From Chlorokybus atmophyticus (lineage: Eukaryota > Plantae > Mesostigma and Chlorokybus algae), in NCBI GenBank assembly GCA_009103225.1, contig RHPI01001507.1, forward strand, positions 640,025 to 704,024: a stretch of 64,000 nucleotides of DNA. Reading direction: 5' to 3'. The notes under the pieces are model-generated. The model saw only the letters and a program-made list of their open reading frames with translations, had not been told where the DNA came from and did not search any database. Numbering within the stretch: the stretch's first letter is position 1; each line of letters opens with the position of its first letter. The translations under genes and the position numbers were made by a program. Of this stretch, positions 22,532 through 33,607 are shown piece by piece.

Positions 22532-25057
22532 ATGCGCTGGCAGTTGCTGGTGCTGCTGCTGGCGACTGCATTCCAGCTGGCAACAGCGCAAACAACAGCT
22601 GACTACTCCACAGCGCTCTCCAATGTGACGTTCATGCACCCGCGTGCAACCGTCACACCAGACATGGTGCCTGGTAAGCCATAGCACAGCACTGTTGTAT
22701 GCAGGGTAACAGTCGAGCAACCTCTGGTCACTCCTGTACTTGTGCGTGCACGCGTGTACATGCGTCTGTGTGACTGACTCCTGCTGCATTGTCACACAGT
22801 GATTCGCTCGAACTACAATTCCAAAAGCAGTTTGTGGCCGCTCTACTTAAGGGGCATGAAGTCTGCCAACAACACTATTCATACACCTCGCAATCCAACT
22901 GGCAGGTGAGCAAGCTCATGACGCAGTCTCGCAATCGTGCTGCTCAACAACTAGTTGCTATCGCCAGCCACGATGACTGACCTCTGTCCTAGTTACATTC
23001 CCCGCAACTTTGCGGACCGCATTGGAAGCGTCGCTGGTGGGTACTTGGTGGACTCTGACCCTGACAGGTTGGCATACGCGCTCGACGACCTGATGTACAT
23101 CTCTTCACTGCCTGCCTGGTGAGCTGCTCGTCAAGCGAGTGAGTGACTCATCACCAATAGCGATGTTTTGAATGAGCAGGGGCGCAAGCTTTAACAAGGT
23201 TGAGAGCTACCTGGACCCGAGCAATTACCTGCTGGCGGCTTCTTGGGGATATGACTGGCTGTACAGCAACTTGGCAAGTCAGCAGCGCACGACCGTGTGG
23301 AATGCGGTGCTCAACAACGCCTTCCTTCCCGCCCTGAACGCGTCCATGCTGCCCTAGCTCGCAGCCCTGGTGCGTGCTGCTTGCCACTGCATGTGCACAC
23401 ATGCGTTGCTGAGATGAAACAAGACATCTGACATACCCGTGGTGGTGGCGTGCTACGCAGAACACAAATGTCGGCGTCAACTCGCTCACGGGCTACGTTG
23501 TAGCGAGCATAATGTTTGCAGAAAAGGACATGATCATGTGCCAGCAGATACTGGCCATGGCACTGCCGGGCATTGACTTGCAGCTGCGCAATCTTGGCCC
23601 GAGCGGTGCTTTCTTCGAGGGCAAAATGTATGCCAGCTACATCGGGTACAACCTGCCTTTCGCCCTCAGCACTCTCAAGACTGGTCTCAACAACGACTTC
23701 GGCTGGAGCACCTCACCCGCGCTGTTGGTAAAGACAAGATGGTCTGTACTGTGCGCTTCCCTACATGCACAGCTACTTATTGCTACAATCATGTGCCGCT
23801 GCGTACTTCCGCATTCAGTGCTTGAGCCCCGACGGCAAGGCCACATGGTTCGGCTTTGCAGACGCTGGCACAAACGATGACGTCAACTCGATGCAACTGA
23901 GCTACTATGCTGCGGCCCGAGTGAACAACACCTTCGTGCCCTCGTACAAGAACAACCTCGGGCAAACGGGCTTGTTCTTCCCCGTATTCATCACAAACCC
24001 CGCCATATTATTTTTTTTTTACAAAACGGCGCCGCCAAACCCACTACCTGTGGATGTGCGCCACCTCGGGTTTGCAGCAGCCACCGCGTTCATGCGCACG
24101 ACATGGAACAGCAAACCGTACCGCGTATGTTGCCGTGAAGGCTGGGTGAACCCTGCTCCACTGGAGAGCACGCATGCGCATCTTGACTTGGGGTCGTTTG
24201 TTTTTGAGAACGACGGCCAGCGCTGGTTCATTGACCTTGGCGCTGACAACTACAGCCTGCCACATTATTTCACACCTCCAGCGACCAAGGGATCGCGTCG
24301 TTACAGGTGGAAGACACACCGCAACTTGCATATTGGCTGTAGAGTGGTGTATTTGCTGCCATACTCACACGATCACTCCTTCTTCCACAGTTACTACCGC
24401 CCGCGCACGGAGTCGCACAACACGCTGGCGGTGAGCAACATGACGCAGAGCGAACTGCTGTGTGAGAACCAGGCGCTGGGCATGGAGGCGACACTGACGG
24501 TGCCATACTCCACCTCAAACCGCTCGCACACCATTGTCAACCTCACGTCGGCATACAACGGCGCCATCAATGTCAGCCGCGGCATCGCACTCCTGAAAGA
24601 CGTACCTTTTCCATATACGAGACTTCTTGTGCAAGACGAGGTGAGCATCCACACGACACAGCATGCAAACTCTACAAGGAGGCGTATGTCGCTGACACCT
24701 GTTTGCCTGCACACAGGTGTCCTTTGTGACTTCCATGGATGTCATAAGCATGTTCCACACCCGCGCCAACGTCACCGTGTCAAATGGCACAGACGTCACC
24801 CTGACACAGGGGGGTTCGCAGCTGCAGGGACGGATTCTTAGCCCCAGCAACTCGTACTTCACAACCTTTTCTACGGACCCCGGCACGGTCAACAACAGCA
24901 CGCAGGAATACAACAACGCCGGTGTCACGAACCTAGTTGTACGCGATGGCACTCCTCACCCCCAATGCCACAATCGCAGTTCTCTGGGCAAAGAGCCTGG
25001 CGGATGCGCCAATGCGTCAGGCATGCTGACGTACAGCCGCTGTCCGCCTGGCAGTAG
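22532..25057 (+). pseudogene. Secreted heparinase II/III-like polysaccharide lyase, copy A (probably disrupted)
   Basis: Signal peptide MRWQLLVLLLATAFQLATA, ASWGYDWLY, YPWWWR, FFEGKMY, FGFADAG, HAHLDLGSFVFENDGQRWFIDLGADNYSLPHYF and YYRPRTESHNTL. Lesions relative to copy B: a lost acceptor (catgt[acag]gccgct), a compensated frameshift pair over AYVAVKAG and a C-terminal frameshift. Confidence 0.75.
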
Positions 25058-25429
25058 GGTGTGGCCGGCTTCGTTTGGTTGGCCAAGCAAGCAACTGGAG
25101 ACTTTGCAGGGCTAGAAACAGTTGACATACTATGTACCAGTAAACCAGCACCATGGTTGTGGATGGCCATCTGCTGAGTTAAATGAAGTGACAAGCGCAC
25201 AATCTGTATGCCTCTCAGTGCTGCAGCTGCTGTCCAGTGCAACGTGGCCTTGCTTCTCGCATACGCACCTGCCAGTGGTTCGGTTGCCGCTGATTTAAGC
25301 TCGGTTGCCGCTGGACTGGTGTGCAGCAGCATAGCCTCCAATGCTGTACTTGTGTTTGATTCCTGCTTGCTGCAATGTATGCCTGACACACATCAACAGC
25401 GGGCACGGAACGTTTGCTAAGCTGTGCAT

Positions 25430-27130
25430 ATCCAGTGAGGGCTGAGCACACAGCTTTATTAGCAAATACAACCGTAACCTTGAAATGCAAGTGACATGAG
25501 ATGCTGACCTCTGTCGACAGACCTGACCAGCAGACCACACTGGCAGTGCGCAATCACTGCAGCTTCCTCAGGCGGGCGGCCGGGTCGCTCTCAGTAACGA
25601 GCATACTGGTAGCATGTTGAATGTGACAACTGCCAAAGCAATGTGTTAGCAGTCTCTCAGTCATCTGGCGTGCTTTTGACAGCTTGCACACAAGAATGCA
25701 AGATGCCCGCAACAGATCAGTGAAACAACATGGCATTAAGCAAGGGCCGCAAAAATACCAGTGCTGAACAGCACACGTGCACCAACCTGCCTAAGCCTTA
25801 GCCCCTCAGCGTCTGCAGTCCGGAGCAGGACGGAAAATTTCAACTGAACTGGGTGTCTGCCAGCACGGCCTGAAGAGCGGTGTATTACTTGACAAACATG
25901 CTGTGTTGAACTTTGCAGCTAAGTAATGCTTGCGTGGTTGGGAGCACGTGCAGCGTTCCCAAGATGACCAACACAGAGCCATCGGTAGTTGACAGTGTGT
26001 ATGACTTCGACGAAGTGAAGCAGTGCGAGCATACAATCAGGAGTGAGCACCAGTTTGTGCAGAAGCGCTGCTTGCTAGTTGAAAACCTTGTTTGTTGACG
26101 TGCACACAAGGATGAAATGCATCCTCCTGTGCGATGCAGGTGTGGGGGATATCTATGCAAGCATTGCTGACGACTTAAACTGGTCTTACCTACGTGGCAG
26201 GGTGAGCTATATGAAAGCCAGATAACAGTGACACTTTAAGTCGGAGCAGCGAACCGAAAAGCAACAAATTTCACACTCGTGCAACGTACTTGCATGCATG
26301 TCTAAGCTTGCTACAAGAGGACTAGCTGAACCGCCTATGTTTGGTGAGTATTTGCACGTCCCAAATTCAGCAACGCTGCTGCAATTGCAACTTGGGCGTT
26401 GCTGTTTTCACTCAGCCGTAGTTCCAACACATACAGTAGCGTATGCTGATGTGCATAACGCTCGGCAAGTGCTGAACATGCCTACTGCAAAAGAGGTGTT
26501 GGGAGGGCTTTTCACCAGGCCCTGCCGTCCGGCCTGACCCCCGGCCGCCTGCACAAGCCGGCTGTACCGCTCCTCCGGATCAACCCTGATATCAGCCTGG
26601 CTCACCAGCCGTGCCTACCTCGCCCGCCCGCCGCCGCCGTGGCTGCTGCATGTGCGCTGGGCACTGCAACAGCTGCTGCTGGTATTGCTACTACACCACA
26701 AGGCCTGTAATGAGTCTGAGTTCAACGCTCTCGCTCTCTCGCGCCCTCCCCTCCACCCGAGGCTCGCACGTGCATTGACACCCATTGATATAAGCATAAG
26801 ACATAAGCAAGCATGCACACGCATGCACACGTGTACGTGCGCACTCGCTTGCACGACGCACACACAAGCGGCAGTTAATGCCATTTGAAACGGCCTTGTA
26901 GCAGCCCTCAGCACCATGCATGTACACTCGGCTTCGCCGATGAATTATCAGCGTGGTTGTTGCTGTTGCTGTTGTTGTGATACTCATTAAAGTTATGGCA
27001 CTCATATTGACACTTGTCATTGTCGTTGCTGCTTCCGATGATGATGCTTGCGCGGACGATTTTTATGGATGCATCAGCTCCACTATTCAGTCAATTACAA
27101 CGTTTGGGCAGAAACTTTCTGCCAAAACGT
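25430..27130 (-). pseudogene. Degenerate gene remnant, possibly LRR/F-box-like; copy 1 of 3
   Basis: Homologous to 37480-39150 (inverted) and 46600-48740 (direct). Fragments such as QMTERLLTHCF and LVQAAGGQAGRQGLVK are interrupted by stops. The LRR call rests on L/C spacing only. Confidence 0.35.
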
Positions 27131-28484
27131 TGCATTTGTAATACACTTCATGCTTGGAGAATGAAGTGTATCACATGGAAACATGGGTTTGTGGGCTAGC
27201 AGCTTACTTAACCATTAACAAACACTACACAGCTTCATCATGTGTCAGAGCAGCAACTAGGTACAGAGGTCACGCACTTCATGTGTGTGTTTGCACGGCA
27301 AGCACTCACATCAACGCTCTGCATTGTGTGCTGCAGATGCTACCAATACCACTCATTAACATAAAAGATGATTATCAGAGTTACTTGCAACACATATGTC
27401 ACGATTGATGTTTTTGTAATTGCAATGTATTAATGTGATTCCAAGCAGCTCTTCTGAGATTTACTCTGATTCCATTAAACGCATGTAAACTTGGCAAGGT
27501 GTATTGAGAAAGGCAACCTTTGTTTTGCAAGCGCAACTCGGCGGTTTATTTGCATTTTTGCTTGAGCGCTGAGCGTCAATACCTCAGTTATTAATGTTAA
27601 AATGCCGGTTTATAATTTAACAACATTAATTAAACCGGTATCGCTTACGTTAAGCACATAAAACCAAGCATTGCAAGCCTTTTGCTGAATGCACATCTCT
27701 CTTTGATACACGAAAACATATATACAGGCGCAAGCGTAACCTAGCGTAAATAAGCTTTATCATGGACAATATTGTCAAAGTGGTGCTGATTAAACCAATT
27801 GGTTCGTGCCAATTGACCCACGATATTATGGGAGCATTAACAGTGCACACTTGCCTCATTTAACGTCGACCTGTAGTTGAGCACTAGCTTTTATTTATGA
27901 GCCTTATTAAAGAAGGTACCGAGGCTACCTATGTATGCACTAAATAGTATAGGGTAGTACTTCAGATTTGCAGTGTATACCCTCTGTATATTTACTACAC
28001 CTCCGACATATGCGCAGTATGTCACATATATGTTGACTTGAAACGCGAGACATATGTTCTTGCCTATGGTAGCGATTGTTGCTACATAGCCACATGGTTT
28101 ACCCCCCCCGTTTCAAAGAAGTTGTTACGACATATGTAAACTTTACATATCATATGATGTCGTAAGATGTAATGGTTACATCTGTCACAACATAAATGTT
28201 GCGACAGATGTCACTCAAACCAAGCACACAACATTGACATAGTGTGCATTGCATTGGGTATGCATGCAACATTGACAGATTAACTGCACAAAAAAATGTG
28301 TTAGGTGCCATAATATAAGATTATCAATGCTTACGGCTTAAAGTTAACACAAGCATACATCGCTTTAGTATAACATACACATTGAATATAGCATATGTAT
28401 GCCGTATATATGTGTGCAAATAACCACCCCCCTCCCCCCACCCACAACCCCCTTGCAAGAATTCTATGGGACTGTTGTAAAGCG

Positions 28485-28561
28485 NNNNNNNNNNNNNNNN
28501 NNNNNNNNNNNNNNNNNNNNNNNNNNNNNNNNNNNNNNNNNNNNNNNNNNNNNNNNNNNNN
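28485..28561. other. Assembly gap (77 N)
   Basis: Run of N. Confidence 1.
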
Positions 28562-28854
28562 GGGCGCACTCGCACAAAAACCGTCATGATTTTCCAAGCA
28601 GCACTACTTGACTATGCCATTCACCGACAATGAAAGAATGATTCTCTACTTAGCAACACGCGCATACTAATATAACACGAGGTTATATTGTGCTGAGCAA
28701 CATTCGCATAAACAACTTTACCATGTCATGAAAACAGTTAAAAAGCATGCATGCATGCGTGCTGACTTGCTTGCATGCTCATCCGTTATTGATGAAAGAC
28801 TCTTGATACGCATATAATGTGTAATGCACCAAAATGATATTGTCACTGCGTAAG

Positions 28855-31490
28855 CTAGCTCGGGTCGACTTTGGTGTCGAGCGGCTTCCAAGTGAGCTCC
28901 ATTGGCCCATCTCTTAGCCACTACACGACACATGAAGATGAGCACACTGCACATGTGGGTATGCTGATATCATGTTATCAACATGCACAGCCACTTACCT
29001 TTGTAGCCGTGAACTTGGTCCCTTTCACCACCGGACATCCCGCATGCATGCTCTTCTCATCCATCTACACAACAGCATGTACAACACCCATTGCGCCTCC
29101 GCTTCAGCAGTCAAATTCAAACCGTACCGAATTCAACAACCACACATACCACACCATAACGACACAACTCGTAGTACGTACCTCTCCTGTGAGCGTCCTA
29201 CTCCAAAACAACACCGCATCCCCTGCCTTCGGCCTCAACGACACCCCCTACACCAATAAGTGACCACCACCACAACATCAGCATTATCATCATCAACAAA
29301 AGCAACAGCAACACCAACGACAACGGCAACACCACCGACAAAACCTTTTGAGGCTCCTCCCCGCACGTGGCATTAGCATACGGGCTTCCCGGTATAGGTG
29401 TCGCTAGCGGGAAGTGGGTCTCTCCTCCAGCCTCCACATCATTGAGATACTACACACACATGAGGGGGATGTGTTGATGCTGAAGCACACATATGTATTC
29501 ACATCTTACTTACGATGAGTACTGTGGCGACGCGCTGCTGGCCGGGCGAGCCAGGGTGGTCGCCTCTACCCTCTGGAGGCATCGGCTTGAACCAGTCGCA
29601 GTGGGCGTAGTAGTGCTCGCCCAACTCGTAACGCAACACCTGTGGACATACACAGGATGTGAGCGAGTGAGCTAGAGTGATTCAGCTATGCTCGCGCACG
29701 CACACATGCACGTATGTGTATACGAGCGTCTGTGTGTGCGTGCGTGCGCGCACACAGATAGATAAACGCAGATGCATGCAGACGCACACACATACAACAA
29801 AAACGACAACAATAAGAACAAAATGATGCGCGCGCGCGCCCGCGTATGTGCGTGTGTGTGCAACCTCCAGACACACATGCACACAAACGTAGTCATGTGC
29901 ACGCCGCACACATCTGTGCGGACAAGTTCACCTACCCACCCACCCACATCATTCCAACCCACCCACCTGCATGGCTTCTCCATTCTCCGGCGGCACCATC
30001 GCCACCCACCCCACCCTCTCATCCACGGTCTTCACCACCGGATCTCCATTCAACTCCTCTCCCATGAACATCCCCCAGCTCGTCCTGATCGGGTCCACGG
30101 CCTCCTTGCCCGTGTCGTGCTCCATGACGTGGGAGCGTTCGAGGCGCGGGGTGGCGAGGGAGACGAGGTAGGAGGACTCGACGGGGTGGAGGAGACCGCG
30201 GACGGCGTAGGCGCGGGGGGACCAGGAGAGGAGGTCGAGGGTGATCTGGGCACGCCAGAGGGACTCGGGGACTGCGCGGAGATGTGGGTGGGTGGGGGTT
30301 ATGGGTTACGCGCACATACCCACACGCACGCGTCCGCGAGCACGCGCGCGTGTGCGCGTACACGCACGCAGGTGCGCATGCGTGTATGGGTGGGTAGGTG
30401 TATATATGGATGCGTGGACGTATGTGCATGAGTGCGTGTATGCGTACGTGTGTATGTGTGTGGGTTGATGCCATGCGTGCGTTGACAATGTGCGAGCGTG
30501 TGTGCATCGACAAGATATGTGCGCGCACGCGCATGTACGTGTCAACATGATACACTAACAAATGAGCAGCACACTGAGCAGCCATCGCACGCACACACCC
30601 ACTCCTCCCTCCTCCAACCAAACTCACCGCACGGTATCCCGCACGCCTTCCTGCAGTTCACCCGCATGTAACCCGGGTTGCGCTCGCACTCCCCCGCCGC
30701 AGCCCACGCGGGACACTTGGCGTGCCTGTCCCGGCACTCTTCCGCGGACTCGCCCAAACGCTCCCAATCAATACTGTTGTTGTTGTTGTTGTCGTCGGTT
30801 TGGGTTATGAGGGAACGGCGTTGAGTTGTGATGTCGTCTTCGGGCTTGTTGTTGAGTTTGATGTTGTTGTTGACGTTATTGTTGTCTTTGTTGTTGTTGT
30901 TGTTGTTGTTGTTGGCCTTGATGTTTGTGTTTGTGTTTGAGGTCTCTGTATTGGTGCTTGTTTTGGTGGTGTATGTGGAAAGCTTGTGTTCGAGGTCGAG
31001 CAGGTGCTGGGATTGGGCCTTCACGCTGCCCGCAAGGTCCTGAAGATGGGCCGATATTTATGTATGATTTCGTGTGGATGTGTGCGCGTGCCTGTGTGTG
31101 AGTGTGCGTGGGTGTGTGCATATGGGTGCGGGCCTGCGTACGCGTGCAGATACAGTGGTCGTGTCGAGACACGTTACTTAGCAACAGTACCTCAAAGTGC
31201 TTCAGAAGCGCAGCGCTGGTGGCGGAATCCGCGCTCACACCTGTGTGTATGTGACAATTTGACCAAAAACATATTGCGTTCGAGAAAATAAGGTTTGAAC
31301 ACTCACACACATGCACACACGCACACGTCCACATACATAAACACACGCTCACATACACACCCCCATCCCACACCCACCCACCCTGCCTTGCCCTTACCCT
31401 CCAGCAGCTGTTTAATCCCCTCCCCGACCCTCCCCAACGCCGCGTGATCCAACTCCTCAAGCGCCTCAAGCTTGCTCAACAGCACACCGC

Positions 31491-31529
<39 letters not shown>

Positions 31530-32078
31530 CCGCGCGCGTATCGGCATCGTTGTTGTTGGTGGTGGTGGTGGAGTCGGGGCCGCGATGCAAAAACACTGTC
31601 GAGGGCAGGGAAAGTGTAAGGTATGTCATGTGTTGAGGGATGCTGGTGCGCATGTGCGCGTGCGTGTTTCCGTGCATGTACCTGTACGTGTGTCTGCGCG
31701 TGTGCGGGCACGCACTCATGCATACATGATGGGCGTGTGCTTGTGTGCGTGTGTGGGCACACCCACAATCGCGCTTTATGCGTGTCTGGGTGGGTGGGCA
31801 CGCACACTTGCGTGCGTGTGCACACCCACATACGCAGTAATGACTGTGCGCCTACATATGCGTGTGCGCGCAGGTATGTGGATGCCTGTCTGTAGTTACC
31901 TTTGCGTGCGCATGCGCATGCATGTGTATGTGTATGAGCGTGCGCGTGCATATGTCATGATGTTGGACTTACAGACTCCAGTGGTGAGGATGAGAGCGAG
32001 AAGGGCGAAGAGGCTGAGCGCGAGGCAGCACGCGCCTGAGAATGGACTTCTGCTCCCTCCACTCCGCCTCATCGCCAT
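28855..32078 (-). CDS. P4H: Prolyl 4-hydroxylase (2OG-Fe(II)) with N-terminal anchor, Asn/Thr low-complexity linker and ShKT domain upstream of the catalytic domain; ~10 exons
   Basis: ShKT: CRDRHAKCPAWAAAGECERNPGYMRVNCRKACG. Catalytic domain: LSWSPRAY, IRTSWGMF, ENGEAMQVLRYELGEHYYAHCD (HxD), QRVATVLIYLNDVEAGGETHFP, PKAGDAVLFW, SMHAGCPVVKGTKFTATKW. The exons join in frame. Confidence 0.92.
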
Positions 32079-33607
32079 TTTATGGCTGATGTATTGTAGG
32101 TGATGTGTATGTAATAAATGCTGGATATGTTGTATGTGGTGTGTTTATTGGGTCGTATATGTTGGGCCTGTTGCGTTATGTTATGCGTAACTATCACACT
32201 AACTACCAAAACTACCAGTTGTGATGACTCAGAAGAAAGCTAATACAAACTAACATAGCAAGCTGTGGAAAGTCCTCTTGTGTGGGTGCGTTGATGTGTA
32301 GCTAATGCATGAAAACCGAGGTCTAATCTGGAAATACAGTTCAGTGCGTGCAGAGAAAGAAGTGCTCCTTAAGCCACCTGCACACAGACGATCAATTTGA
32401 CGTGAGGAAATCACAGTAAAATGACAAACTGTTGAGTGTCGATGTCTCACAGCCTAAGGGTGCTTACAAAAACCAGCAGAAGCCAGCAACGACTGAATTG
32501 CATCCGCAAGTCTGCAGCCAGATGCTTATGGATACAGATCAAAATGATCAACACATTTTCAAGCCATGTGACCAATACTACAATCTCACCTTGTCAGAGA
32601 GCTGCAAGCGGTCCAAACCCGTAAAACTGCTCAACAATACATGTATCTCTATGTCAATGGCAATGATGTCCCCATCAACAACGCTCAGCAATCAACCAAC
32701 ATTGCAACGCTGCCGCCGCCGCTTAGCATCAATGCGCCAGCTGGCAGTAATAACATCATTGAAGTTGTTACCAGATTTTGCATAACGACACAGTGACGTC
32801 GTCAGTGATGACACCGGACAAAGTTGTGTGACATCCATCGGTCGCGATTCGCCGCACTTGCTTGACGCTGCGCTGATTGACGCTGTGCTGATTGACGTCG
32901 GCAGCTTACCGGCTTGAATAGCCCTAACGACCGGTGTCGAGTTCTGGCTAATGTTTTGCAGCTGGTACTAAAACGCTTTCATGCTTAATTACCTTGTAAA
33001 ACTTGAAAGAAAAAGAAGTCCAACGTAGAGGGCATACATTGTGATGTGTATGCAAGAAGACACATCAATGATAAGGTACGAGCATATTATGCATTCGTAA
33101 GACAAAAGGTATGAGCAACTGCATAACGTTACCGTTTATCAACATTATTGGCATCGACACATAATTAATTAGCAAGCATGCGCAAATGACTCACAACTAT
33201 AGACGAGCTCACAACACACCTCTACAAGCTCCGCAGCATATGCGCATGCAAACAAGTTATGGATTTCGGAGGTTGAGCGGCTTCATCACGATATCTCATC
33301 AGCATATAGCATGCGCGCTGCAGCACAATACACTGCAAAGTTGAACAAGATCACGTGGTGGTGCGTCAATGTTGTGCACACAATATGGCATCTTCATACA
33401 GTCAAATTGCGCATGCCATGTATGTATGCTTCATCCAAACAACATAACATCAAGCAAATAAACCCAATGCGCTCAGCGAAACCAGCCATACCAAGGTGAC
33501 GCGTTTATATACATGACAGTTTGGTGTTAATGTTTCCAAGCCTAACAACGAAAGGGCCGGTGTGTGGGTGTGCTGTCAGGCTGGTTGCAACACCTACAAC
33601 TACAGAG

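Larger units (their letters stand above)
20700..27150 (+). repeat. Segmental duplication block, copy A (upstream flank + heparinase-like gene + LRR-like remnant)
   Basis: Homologous in reverse orientation to about 37450-45620. Examples: the QPRQAIAK..SSEGK reading at 20840-20990 versus 45360-45540, and 25120-25280 versus 40940-41100. Confidence 0.85.

Noticed and set aside
23172-23357. In-frame TAG after ALNASMLP as a lesion of lyase copy A
   Set aside because: It probably lies inside an intron (donor after AAC GC), because the next exon resumes with YPWWWR; not counted as evidence of pseudogenisation.
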